NCBI GenBank assembly: GCA_035776655.1 | Contig: DASTWK010000047.1 | Location: 1,259-65,258, forward strand | DNA from: Mycobacteriales bacterium | GTDB taxonomy: Bacteria > Actinomycetota > Actinomycetes > JAFAQI01 | Direction of reading: 5' to 3' | Length of the DNA stretch: 64,000 bases | Shown here: positions 8,001 to 17,128 of the stretch, piece after piece | How the letters are laid out: every line of letters starts with the position of its first letter | Numbering within the stretch: the first letter of the stretch is position 1 | Translations under genes and position numbers: made by a program | The notes under the pieces: model-generated | What the model was told of the DNA's origin: nothing | The model's database searches: none | The model's input: the letters and a program-made list of their open reading frames with translations, nothing else

Positions 8001-9413
8001 GTGTTGAGGCTCACGGACACCCGCACCCGGGCGCTGGAGGAGATCCGGCCGGCGCAGGGGCGGCGGCTGCGGATGTATGCCTGCGGCCCGACCGTCTATC
8101 GCTTCCAGCACGTCGGCAACCTGCGCACGTTCCTGCTCGGCGACCTCATCGTGCGAGTCGCGCAGACATTGCACGACTACGACGTGCAGCTCGTGCAGAA
8201 CATCACCGACGTGGGCCACCTCGCCGACGACACCGGCATCGAGCTCGCCGGTGAGGACAAGATGCTGCTGGCGGCCCGGGAGGAGAACAAGGACCCGTTC
8301 GAGATCGCGCGGTTCTACGAGGCGCAGTTCCACGAAGACCTCGCGGCACTGAACATCCACCCGGCCGACGCCTACCCGCGCGCGTCCGAGTCGATCGAGC
8401 TGATGGTCGACCTGATCGCCACTTTGCTCGACAAGGGCCACGCCTATGTCGGCCCGGACGGAACCGTGTATTTCGACGCGCGGTCGTTCCCGTCGTACGG
8501 CGCGATCTCGGGCAACCGGCTCGAGGACCTGCGCGCGGGACACCGCGCGGACGCGGCGGAGCTGACCGCGGGCAAGCGCTTCCACGCCGACTGGGCGTTG
8601 TGGAAGGCCGCCGGGCCGCAGCGGCAGATGGTGTGGGACACGCCGTGGGGCAAGGGCTTTCCGGGCTGGCACGTCGAGTGCTCGGCGATGTCGCTGCACT
8701 ATCTGGGCGAGACCTTCGACGTGCACACCGGCGGCATCGACCTGCGCTTCCCGCACCACGAGGACGAACGCGCACAGTCGGAGGCCGCCGTCGGGCACGA
8801 GGTCGTGCGGCGGTGGGTGCACGGTGAGCACCTGCTGGCCGAGGGCCGCAAGATGGCGAAGTCGACCGGCAACGTCGTCCTCGTGCGCGACGTCGCCGAG
8901 CGCGGCTACGACCCGCTGGCCCTGCGGCTGTTCTTCCTCACCGGCCGCTATCGGCAGCAGATGAACCTCACCTGGGACGCGCTCGCCGGCGCCGACCGCC
9001 GGTTGCAACGCTGGCGGGCCAAGGTGGCGGAGTGGGCGGAGTCACCGTCGACGGCGATGTGCGCCGACTATGTGCAGCGGCTGCGGGACGCGCTCGACGA
9101 CGACCTCGACACCCCGACCGCACTGGTCGTGCTGAGCGAGCTGGAGAAGGACGACGCGATCCCGCCCGGGTCGAAGTTCGAGACGTTCGCGTGGGTCGAT
9201 CGCATCATCGGACTCGACCTCGCCCGCGACGTCGGCAAACCGCGCGCGGCCGCCGGCGACCTGCCGGACGGCGCTGCCGAGCTGCTCGAGCAACGAGCCG
9301 CCGCGCGGGCGGCGAAGGACTGGGCGACGTCGGACCGGCTCCGGGACGAGCTCGCGGCGCTGGGGGTCACCGTCACCGACAGCCGGGACGGCCAGGCCTG
9401 GTCCCTCGGCTGA
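8001..9413 (+). CDS. cysS: cysteine--tRNA ligase (divergent HxGN-type paralog)
   Basis: 470 aa. Class I signatures are HVGN (HIGH variant) and KMAKS (KMSKS variant), plus GFPGWHVECSAM and FPHHEDE. The C-terminal AAKDWATSDRLRDELAALGV anticodon-arm domain argues for CysS rather than MshC. Confidence 0.8.
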   Translation: MLRLTDTRTRALEEIRPAQGRRLRMYACGPTVYRFQHVGNLRTFLLGDLIVRVAQTLHDYDVQLVQNITDVGHLADDTGIELAGEDKMLLAAREENKDPFEIARFYEAQFHEDLAALNIHPADAYPRASESIELMVDLIATLLDKGHAYVGPDGTVYFDARSFPSYGAISGNRLEDLRAGHRADAAELTAGKRFHADWALWKAAGPQRQMVWDTPWGKGFPGWHVECSAMSLHYLGETFDVHTGGIDLRFPHHEDERAQSEAAVGHEVVRRWVHGEHLLAEGRKMAKSTGNVVLVRDVAERGYDPLALRLFFLTGRYRQQMNLTWDALAGADRRLQRWRAKVAEWAESPSTAMCADYVQRLRDALDDDLDTPTALVVLSELEKDDAIPPGSKFETFAWVDRIIGLDLARDVGKPRAAAGDLPDGAAELLEQRAAARAAKDWATSDRLRDELAALGVTVTDSRDGQAWSLG

Positions 9414-9433
9414 CCGCTGCCCCGCGACTTGCA

Positions 9434-9496
9434 CGCCGATCATGGCGAACACAGCCGAATAACGCGCTCATAACGCTTGCTTCGCCATGATCGGCG
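9434..9496. repeat. 63-bp palindromic intergenic element, copy 2
   Basis: It has the same 16-bp arms and the same 31-nt core length as copy 1. It lies between convergent cysS and the flavin reductase gene. Confidence 0.9.
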
Positions 9497-9511
9497 GACA
9501 ACGTGGGTGGC

Positions 9512-10075
9512 TCAGGTGGGGAGGGAGCGATAGGCACTGCGGTAGTAGACGAGCGCGTCGCCGTCGCCACCGGGCTGCACGCCGAGCACCTCGCCGACGA
9601 CGATCGTGTGGTCGCCCCCGTCGTACGTCGCCCACGTCCGACACTCCAGCCAGCCGAGGGCGCCCCCGAGCAGCGGTACGCCGGTGCGCGGTCCCGGCCG
9701 GTGCGGGAACTTCTCGAACAGCTCCACCGCCGACAGCCCGCGCTTGGCGAAGCACGCCGCCACGTCCTCCTGCGCCGCGGCCAGGATCGACGCGCCCCAG
9801 ACACCCGCGTCGAGCACGGGCTGGTGCAACGACGCGTCCCGTTCGCAGCAGAACAGCACCAGCACCGGGTCGAGCGAGACCGAGGTGAGCGAGTTGACGG
9901 TCATCGCGTAGGGGGTGCCGTCGGCGACGGTCGCAACGACCGAGATGCCGGTGGCGAACCGGCCGATCACGCGGCGGTAGACCGCCGGATCGATCCGCGC
10001 TGTCGACGTGGGTGGGCCTGCCGCGCTGAGCCGTTTGCTCGGGTCGCGCGAGTCAGACGAATCCGCGGCGACCAC
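9512..10075 (-). CDS. flavin reductase family protein (FMN-binding split barrel)
   Basis: 187 aa with a GTG start. FATGISVVATV...AMTVNSLTSVSLDPVLVLFC is typical of the flavin reductase-like domain. Confidence 0.85.
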   Translation of the reverse strand: MVAADSSDSRDPSKRLSAAGPPTSTARIDPAVYRRVIGRFATGISVVATVADGTPYAMTVNSLTSVSLDPVLVLFCCERDASLHQPVLDAGVWGASILAAAQEDVAACFAKRGLSAVELFEKFPHRPGPRTGVPLLGGALGWLECRTWATYDGGDHTIVVGEVLGVQPGGDGDALVYYRSAYRSLPT

Positions 10076-10111
10076 GTGGGCAGGCTAGCCCGCTCCCATT
10101 TCGGAGGAAGG

Positions 10112-10304
10112 GCATGCGGCGCGGGGCGGGAGCGGGGTTGGGCCCCGCGACAAGCGCCGGCGGCGCCAGGCGGGAGCGGAGCTGGGCCCCGCGACAAGCG
10201 CCGGCGGCGCGGGGGCGGGAGCGGAGCTGGGGCCCCAGGACAAGCGCCTGCGGCGCCAGGCGGGAGCGGGGTTGGGGCCCCGCGACAAGCGCCGGCGGCG
10301 CCAG
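10112..10304. repeat. tandem repeat, ~4.3 copies of a 44-45 bp unit
   Basis: Units start at 10126, 10170, 10215 and 10260 (GCGGGAGCGGrGyTGGGGCCCCGCGACAAGCGCCGGCGGCGCCAG). A partial unit lies upstream. The array fills the spacer between the REC-GAF stop (10306) and the flavin reductase start (10075). Confidence 0.9.
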
Positions 10305-10305
10305 G

Positions 10306-11268
10306 CTAAGCAGTGCGGACGCCGGCCAGTCGCGCGTTGTCGATGACGATCGCGGCCGGTCCGTCGATGAGCCGCAACGTCGACAGGGCGGTCTCGCCGA
10401 ATGCGTTCTTGGTGCCGCTCGACAAGGCGAGTACGCCGACGACGCGGCCACCGTGACCCTTCAGCGGCATCGACAGGAACGTCGACATCCGGGACTCGTC
10501 GTCCTCGCCCAGCAAGCCGGACGGGTCGGCCACCCGCACGTCCAGCTCGCCGACCGCGACGTCCTGCCCAGAGGCCGCTGCGGTCGCATCCGCGGCCGCG
10601 GCGAGGAACTCGTTGTAGTGCGCGTGCGAGCTCTCGTTGGCGACCGCGACGTAGGACGTCTTCTCGTCGAGCAGCAGTACGGTCGCGAGGTCGTAGTCGA
10701 CGAACCGCTTCAGCACCTCCAGCACCCCCGCGACCGTGTGCTCGAAGCCGTGCGTCGTCGCCGCCAGCCCGGTCACGTCGGCCGCCACCTGCGTCTCGAA
10801 CAGCTTGCGGTCGAGCAGGTCGCACACCCGCGACAGCACGTCGTCGCTGGACAGCTCCACCGGATCCGGCCGCACCGCCGGACGGCCGCCGCGCGCGACG
10901 TCAGCGGCAGCGATCACCTCGCGCACTGCCTCCACCAGCTGTGGTGCCTCGAAGTCCTTCGTCAGGTAGCGGTCCGCACCCGTTTGCGCACCCCAGTAAC
11001 GGTCGCTCGCGGCATCGAGCGAGGTCAGCAGGATGATCGGGATGTCCGCGGTCTGCCAGTCGTCCTTGAGCAACCGCGCGGCGACATAGCCGGATACCCG
11101 CGGCATCTGCACGTCGAGCACCACCGCGTCCGGCATCGTGCGGAACACGGTCTGCACCGCCTGCACGCCGTCCTCCGCGGACACGACCTCGAACCCCTCC
11201 CGGCCCAGCACCGAGCTCACGATGCGGCGCAGGGTGGGGCTGTCGTCGGCGATGACAACGGTCGGCAT
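10306..11268 (-). CDS. response regulator, receiver + GAF domain
   Basis: 320 aa. The N-terminal REC carries DD...DVQMP...T...K. The C-terminal ~170 aa is GAF-like. An AGAGGG SD lies 6 nt upstream of the ATG, and the start is 21 nt downstream of the cheA stop. Confidence 0.85.
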   Translation of the reverse strand: MPTVVIADDSPTLRRIVSSVLGREGFEVVSAEDGVQAVQTVFRTMPDAVVLDVQMPRVSGYVAARLLKDDWQTADIPIILLTSLDAASDRYWGAQTGADRYLTKDFEAPQLVEAVREVIAAADVARGGRPAVRPDPVELSSDDVLSRVCDLLDRKLFETQVAADVTGLAATTHGFEHTVAGVLEVLKRFVDYDLATVLLLDEKTSYVAVANESSHAHYNEFLAAAADATAAASGQDVAVGELDVRVADPSGLLGEDDESRMSTFLSMPLKGHGGRVVGVLALSSGTKNAFGETALSTLRLIDGPAAIVIDNARLAGVRTA

Positions 11269-11289
11269 GGCAGGCCCTCTTTCGATGCG

Positions 11290-13518
11290 TCAGCGCCCGA
11301 CGAGACGGCGCACGGTCTCGACGAGCTGGTTCTGGTCGAACTCGGTCTTGAGCAGGTAAGCGCTGGCGCCGGCTTCGAGCCCGGCGCGCTGGTCGTCCTC
11401 ACTGCCGCGGGAGGTCATGATGATGACCGGCACCTGTTCCCACCCACGGGTACGGCGGATCGTCCGGGTCAAGGTGAACCCGTCCATCCCTGGCATCTCC
11501 ACGTCGGACACGACGAGGTCAGCCGGTGAGTCCTTCAGCCGGGCCGCGCCGTCGAGCCCGTCCACGGCAGTGACGACCTCGTAGCCGGCGCCTTCGAGGA
11601 TGACCCGCTCCAGCTCGCGCACCCCGACCGAGTCCTCGACGACGAGCACCCGTGGTCGCGCCACGCCCGGCTGCGCCGGCCGTTCGTCATCGGTGACGAC
11701 CACGGCCGGGCGGGCATCCCCGCCGAGCTCGCGTAGGTCGACGAGGAACACGACACTGCCGTCACCGTCGATCGTCGCGCCGCTGACCAGCGGCAACCGG
11801 CCGAGGAACGGTCCGAGGTCCTTCACGACCAGTTCGAGCTCGCCGTCGAGCCCGTCGACGGCCCAGGCCACCTGCCGGTCGCCGTGCCGCACGACGACGG
11901 CCGCCTTCGCCTCGCGATCGGCGCCGGAGTCCGACCCGCCCAGCGCCGAGCCGAGGTCGAGCAGCGGCACGGTCGCACCGTGCCGCACCACGACCGGCTT
12001 GCCGGCCAGCGAGTGCACGGCCGCGTCCTTGAGCGAGATCGACTCGACGATGCCCGGCACCGGCAACGCGTAACGCTCGTCTCCCACCCGGGCGATCAGG
12101 CACCGCAGCACGCCGAGTGTCACCGGCAGCGTCACCGTGAAGGTGGTCCCCGCGCCGGGGGTCGTCTGCAGGTCGACGCTGCCGCCGAGCGACTCGACAT
12201 CGCTGCGCACCACGTCGAGCCCGACACCACGCCCCGAGGTCTCGGTGACCTCGGTCGAGGTGCTGAACGCCGGCAGGAACAGCACCTGCAGCAATGCCGA
12301 GCCGGTGGCCGTCGACTCCGGCGCCAGCACGCCCCGCGCGATCGCAGCGGAGCGCACGGCGTCCTCGTCGATGCCGCGGCCATCGTCACAGACGTCGAGC
12401 ACGACGGTGCCGCCGGCCGCCCGTGCGGTGACGGTGACGGTCGCCTGCGCGGGCTTGCCGGCCGCGACCCGTTCGGCCGGTGACTCGCAGCCGTGGTCGA
12501 CGGCGTTGACGACGAGGTGCTTCAACGCGTCGGAGACACCGTCGAGCACCTGCTTGTCGAGCTCGACGTCCTCACCGACGAGCACCAGCCGTACGTCCTT
12601 GCCGGTGGCCGTCGCGACGTCTCGGACCACCCGAGGCAGGGCGGCGACAACCCGGCGTACCGGCACCATCGCCAGCCCCATCGCGCCGTCACGCACCTGC
12701 GCGAGCCGGCCGTGCGCGTCGTCGACCAGCTCGCGCAGGTCGCGCGCGGCCAACGTCAACTGCTCCCCCACCCGCAGCAACCGGCCGAGCGCGACCGCGG
12801 CCTCACCGCTGGGGGTGCCGAGTGCGTCCCGCAGGCTGCGCAGCCACCGGCTGTGCTCGACCGCCAGCGCGTCCAACCCACCGCTGGCCCGCTCGACCCG
12901 GCGGGCGTCGAGCTCGGCCTCGCCGACGACGTCGAGCAGGTCGTAGACCTTCCCGGTCGCCACCCGCACCGAGTCACCCCGGGTCTGGCCGAGGTGGTCC
13001 TCGGCGAGCACCGGTGGCGCCGACGGCTCGGTCGCGGGGGCCGTTGCCACGGCAGCGGCCGGCGCCGCCGCGGGCAGCTCGGGCATGAAAGGAGGAGCAG
13101 GTACGCCGACGGCCTCTCCGGCGATCGCGCGTTCCAGGGCTGCGGCCAGCTCCACCAGATGCGCCTCGGCTGCCGCGGCGTCACCGGCCGCACCGTCACC
13201 GCCGGGGAGCGCCGCGTTGATGCCGTCGCAGGCGGCGAGCAACAGGTCGATGACATCGCGGCGCACCGGCAGCCGCTCGTCGCGGACAGCGCCGAGCAGG
13301 TCCTCGCAGCGGTGCGCGACCTGCAGGACCGCGGTCAGCCCGAGCATGCGGGCGGAGCCCTTGACCGTGTGCGCGTCGCGGAACATGCCGGCCACGACCT
13401 GCCGCGGCGCTGGATGGGTCTCCAGCTGCAGCAGCCCAGCCGTGAGCGACGCGAGTCGCTCCTCCACCTCGGCGCGGAACGTCGCGAGCAGCTCCGGGTC
13501 GTCAGCCCAGCCGGACAT
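11290..13518 (-). CDS. cheA: CheA-type histidine kinase fused to a C-terminal receiver (hybrid CheA-REC)
   Basis: 742 aa. Domains are Hpt (FRDAHTVKGSARMLGL), a dimerisation region, HATPase (DDGRGID...GRGVGLDVV), a CheW-like domain and REC (VVEDS...DVEMPGMDG...K). Confidence 0.9.
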   Translation of the reverse strand: MSGWADDPELLATFRAEVEERLASLTAGLLQLETHPAPRQVVAGMFRDAHTVKGSARMLGLTAVLQVAHRCEDLLGAVRDERLPVRRDVIDLLLAACDGINAALPGGDGAAGDAAAAEAHLVELAAALERAIAGEAVGVPAPPFMPELPAAAPAAAVATAPATEPSAPPVLAEDHLGQTRGDSVRVATGKVYDLLDVVGEAELDARRVERASGGLDALAVEHSRWLRSLRDALGTPSGEAAVALGRLLRVGEQLTLAARDLRELVDDAHGRLAQVRDGAMGLAMVPVRRVVAALPRVVRDVATATGKDVRLVLVGEDVELDKQVLDGVSDALKHLVVNAVDHGCESPAERVAAGKPAQATVTVTARAAGGTVVLDVCDDGRGIDEDAVRSAAIARGVLAPESTATGSALLQVLFLPAFSTSTEVTETSGRGVGLDVVRSDVESLGGSVDLQTTPGAGTTFTVTLPVTLGVLRCLIARVGDERYALPVPGIVESISLKDAAVHSLAGKPVVVRHGATVPLLDLGSALGGSDSGADREAKAAVVVRHGDRQVAWAVDGLDGELELVVKDLGPFLGRLPLVSGATIDGDGSVVFLVDLRELGGDARPAVVVTDDERPAQPGVARPRVLVVEDSVGVRELERVILEGAGYEVVTAVDGLDGAARLKDSPADLVVSDVEMPGMDGFTLTRTIRRTRGWEQVPVIIMTSRGSEDDQRAGLEAGASAYLLKTEFDQNQLVETVRRLVGR

Positions 13519-13548
13519 GTGCGCTCACTCTTGTCGTTTCGGTCGCGA

Positions 13549-15480
13549 TCACGTCAGCCTGAACCGACCGAGCGCAGTTCGGAGGTCGCCGGCGAGGTCG
13601 CGCAGCCGCGCGGCTGCGGCAGCATGGCGCCGGCCGCCCTCGCGATAACGGTCGCCGGCCTCGGTCACGGTGACCATCGCGGCGACGACGGCGTCGGAGG
13701 CGACCCGCTGCTGGCGGGTGGCGCTGGTGATCTCCCGTGACGCGGCGGTGGTGCGGTCGACCATGCGGCTGATCCGCGCGAGCGAGGCCACCACCGCCTC
13801 CTGCAGCTCGGCGCCGGCGACCACGGCCTCGTAGCCCTCGTGGCTGGCCGCCGACGTCGCGGCCGCCTCCCGCTGCAGCTCGCCGACGATCGCGTCGATC
13901 CGCCCGGTCGCCTCCCGCGCCCGTGCCGCCAGGGTCCCCACCTCGTCGGCCACGGTGGCGAAGCCGTGGCCGTGCTCGCCCGCGCGCGCCGCCTCGATCG
14001 AGGCGTTGACGGCGAGGATCGAGGTGCGCCGGGCCAGCTGCTCGATCACCCGCGTCGTGTCGGCGATGCGGTCGATGCGGTCGTGCAGCGCGCGTGCCCG
14101 CAGGTCGAGGTCGACCACGCGGTCGGCGATCTGCTGCATGGCGTCGTTGGCCTGCTCGACGGCGCTCGCGCCGGCGTCGACGTCGCGGCGGGTGGTGCCG
14201 GCGAACTGCGACACCCGCACCGCGGTGTCGGCGATGCTCGCGGCGGTGGCCGCGAGCTCTTCGATGGTCGTGGTCGTCTCACCGACCGCGGCGACCTGCG
14301 CCCCGATCGCGCCCGCCTCCTGCTCGGCGGCGCCGGCGAGGTCGACCGCCCGGCCGGTCAGCTGGTCGGCGACCGTGCCCATCTGACGCACCAGCCGGCG
14401 CAACGCGAGCAGCGTGTCGGCGAAGGCGACGGCGAGGGTGGTGGCGACTGGGTCGGCGTCCTTGCCGGCGGCGGGCACGACGCTCAGGTCGCCATCGGCC
14501 ACCTGGCTCAGCAATGCGGACAGGGCCCGGACGTCGCTCTCCAACGCCTGCCGGCGCCACTGGGCCTCCGCCGCCGCGTCGCGCGACAACCGGGCGAGGG
14601 CGCCGGCCGACCAGCCGACGGCCGGGAACGCGGGCAGCAGCACGACGAGCCGTCCGATGCCGGCGACGGTGAGGGTGTGGGACAGCCCGGCCGCGACGTA
14701 GACGCCCGCCGCGGCACCGCCGCCGACGAGCAGCCCGAGCACCGGGCCGGTGACCGCGCCGGCGACGAGCACGACGGGCAGGAACAGCACCCACGCGGGT
14801 CCGGCGACGCCGTCGGCGTTGCTCACCACGCCGGTGACGGCTACGAGCAGCGCGACGGTGAGCGCGGTGCCCAGGACCCGCCGGCGCACCGGGCGGATGA
14901 CGGCCGAGAACGACTGGCCGGCCAGGGTGGCGAGCGTCAGTGACGCGATGGCCGCCGCCAGCCCCCAGGCCGCGAACGGCACCTCGTGCACGTGTGAGCC
15001 GCCGCCGAACCGGGCTCGCAGCACCGCCGAGAGCACGAGCAGCACGAATGCGCCGAAGGTGACCAGCTCGGCCACCCGCAGCACCCGGCCGGCGAAGTCG
15101 CCGCCCGCACCGCCGGCAGCGTCGGCACCCGCCGCCATCGCCACCGGCACCGGCTCGACCTCGACGAGCGGCTCGCGCACCGGCGGCAGGTCGACACCGG
15201 CGAGGGCGGCGACCTGCTGCTCGGCCTCCGGCGTCAATCCGCCCGGCACCAGCGCATAGCGGGTCACGGCCGTCGGGCGACGGTTGCGCGGAGGCGCGGA
15301 CACCCCAGCGGCGACGTCGAGCTCCTCGGTCGGGGTCGGGTCGTCGTACCAGCCCAGCCCACCGCCGAGCGGCGACTCGCCACCGCGCGGATCGGCGGCG
15401 ATGCGGTCGTGCCGGCCGCGGCGCGGCAGCGGCAACCCGAGCGACAGCGGGTCGCCGGGCTCGGTCTGCCTGCGTTTCAC
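13549..15480 (-). CDS. methyl-accepting chemotaxis protein (polytopic membrane sensor, divergent signalling tip)
   Basis: 643 aa. The GTG start has a GGAG SD 5 nt upstream. The signalling hairpin is [27 protein letters not shown]. About 6 hydrophobic segments follow a ~130-aa Pro/Gly-rich N-terminus. Confidence 0.82.
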   Translation of the reverse strand: MKRRQTEPGDPLSLGLPLPRRGRHDRIAADPRGGESPLGGGLGWYDDPTPTEELDVAAGVSAPPRNRRPTAVTRYALVPGGLTPEAEQQVAALAGVDLPPVREPLVEVEPVPVAMAAGADAAGGAGGDFAGRVLRVAELVTFGAFVLLVLSAVLRARFGGGSHVHEVPFAAWGLAAAIASLTLATLAGQSFSAVIRPVRRRVLGTALTVALLVAVTGVVSNADGVAGPAWVLFLPVVLVAGAVTGPVLGLLVGGGAAAGVYVAAGLSHTLTVAGIGRLVVLLPAFPAVGWSAGALARLSRDAAAEAQWRRQALESDVRALSALLSQVADGDLSVVPAAGKDADPVATTLAVAFADTLLALRRLVRQMGTVADQLTGRAVDLAGAAEQEAGAIGAQVAAVGETTTTIEELAATAASIADTAVRVSQFAGTTRRDVDAGASAVEQANDAMQQIADRVVDLDLRARALHDRIDRIADTTRVIEQLARRTSILAVNASIEAARAGEHGHGFATVADEVGTLAARAREATGRIDAIVGELQREAAATSAASHEGYEAVVAGAELQEAVVASLARISRMVDRTTAASREITSATRQQRVASDAVVAAMVTVTEAGDRYREGGRRHAAAAARLRDLAGDLRTALGRFRLT

Positions 15481-15516
15481 GGATGCTCCGGTCGTCGGTG
15501 GTCGGGACGAGCCGGG

Positions 15517-17070
15517 TCAGCTGACCTTGAACTGCGCGATCGATGCCCGCAGCTCGGCGGCGAGGACGTTGAGCTGCGCCGCGGCGGCGGCGGCCTGCTT
15601 GGAGCCGACGGCGTATTGCCGCGACACGTCCGACACCTGCGTCATCGCCGCGACCACCTGGTCGGACGCCGACCGCTGCTGCTGGGTCGCGATCGAGATC
15701 TCCTTCGCGGCGGTCGTGGTCTCGTCGACCATGCTGCTGATGCGCTCCAGCGCGTCCACGACCCCGCGCGCCAGCTCCGAGCCGGTGCGGACCTCCTTGG
15801 CGCCTTCTTCGCTGGCGATGATGGTGGCGTTGGTCTCGGCCTGGATCTCACCGACGATCTCGGCGATCTGGCCGGTCGACTCCTGCGCGCGCTCGGCCAG
15901 CTTGCGCACCTCGCTGGCGACGACGGCGAAGCCGCGCCCGTGCTCACCGGCGCGGGCGGCTTCGATCGCGGCGTTGAGCGCCAGCAGGTTGGTCTGGTCG
16001 GCGAGGTCGTTGATGACCTCGAGGATCCGCCCGATCTCCTGGCTCTTCTCTCCCAACGCGAGGGTGCGGGCGGCGATCGAGTCGACGCGGGTGGCGATGG
16101 TGTCCATGGCGCCGACGCTGGCTTGTACGGCGCTGCGACCGTCCTCGGCGTGCCGGAGTGTCTCCGCCGCATAGCGAGCGACGGCCTCGGCGGTCTCGGC
16201 GATCTGTGCCGCGGTGGCGGCGAGCTCTTCGATCGTCGACGTGGTCTCCGAGACGGCCGAGGACTGTTGGGTCGCCGAGGCGGCGTGCTCCTCCGCGGTC
16301 GCGAGCAGCTCACCGGCGGCCGCCCCGATCTGCTCGCCGCCACTGCGGATCTGCGTGACCAGCGAGCGCAGGTTGGTCAACGTGTGGCCGAAGGCGTCGG
16401 TGAGCATCCGCAGGCCGGCGTGCACCGACTCGTCGTCGTCGACGTCCACGGCGAGGTCACCTTCGGCGGCCTGCGCCAGCACCCGGGACAGCTCCTCGAC
16501 CTTGCGCTGCAGCTCGTCGCGCTCGGCCTTGGCGTGCCCGCGCATGGCCCACACCGACGATGCCAGCGTGCCGTTGAACCAGGCGATGGCCGGGAACACC
16601 GGCACGACGAGCACCAGCCAGGCGGCGGTGCTGGCGTCGAGCGCGTGCGCGATCGCGGACGAGGCGACCAGACCGCCGCCGGCGATGAGGCCGAGCAGCA
16701 CGGCCTGCCACTGCCGCATCGTGGTGGCGGCGAACAGCAGGCCCGGCAACAGCAGGATCCAGAACGGTCCCCGCACGCCACCGGAGACCGCGACCGATCC
16801 GAGCACGGCGACGAGCGTGCTGAGCAGCAGCGCCGCGCGGTAGACCGTGATGCGCCGTCGCACGTGTGGACTCACCTCGTGCAGGACCGGCAGCACGGTG
16901 AGCGCGACCGCGTTGAGGATCGCCAGCCCCTGCCAGGCCAGGAAGGCATAGAGGTGCAGCCGCACGCCGCTGTGCTCGCGATGGAGCACGACCGCGCCCA
17001 CGCTCGCGAGGACGATGCCGCCCCACGTGGCGATCGCGGCCACGCGGCTCAGCCGCTTGGAGAAGTCCAC
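15517..17070 (-). CDS. methyl-accepting chemotaxis protein (polytopic membrane sensor)
   Basis: Track ORF 15517..17457 is over-extended. The GTG at 17070 is preceded by a GGGAGGG SD and gives 517 aa. The canonical tip is [34 protein letters not shown]. Confidence 0.85.
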   Translation of the reverse strand: MDFSKRLSRVAAIATWGGIVLASVGAVVLHREHSGVRLHLYAFLAWQGLAILNAVALTVLPVLHEVSPHVRRRITVYRAALLLSTLVAVLGSVAVSGGVRGPFWILLLPGLLFAATTMRQWQAVLLGLIAGGGLVASSAIAHALDASTAAWLVLVVPVFPAIAWFNGTLASSVWAMRGHAKAERDELQRKVEELSRVLAQAAEGDLAVDVDDDESVHAGLRMLTDAFGHTLTNLRSLVTQIRSGGEQIGAAAGELLATAEEHAASATQQSSAVSETTSTIEELAATAAQIAETAEAVARYAAETLRHAEDGRSAVQASVGAMDTIATRVDSIAARTLALGEKSQEIGRILEVINDLADQTNLLALNAAIEAARAGEHGRGFAVVASEVRKLAERAQESTGQIAEIVGEIQAETNATIIASEEGAKEVRTGSELARGVVDALERISSMVDETTTAAKEISIATQQQRSASDQVVAAMTQVSDVSRQYAVGSKQAAAAAAQLNVLAAELRASIAQFKVS

Positions 17071-17128
17071 GAGCCCTCCCGGTTCGTTCCGTTCGTTGTC
17101 TCGGGTGCGCGGGCGCACCGCTGAAGCG

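Noticed and set aside
7901-9496. I considered an integron cassette/attC interpretation of the repeat-flanked cysS paralog.
   Set aside because: The arms do not resemble the attC R'/R'' core sites (GTTRRRY/RYYYAAC). No integrase, attI or Pc promoter is in the window. The same element also occurs away from any cassette-like context.
10112-10304. I considered a CRISPR array interpretation of the 45-bp repeats.
   Set aside because: The units are directly adjacent with no unique spacers. No cas genes or leader are present. It is a plain tandem repeat.
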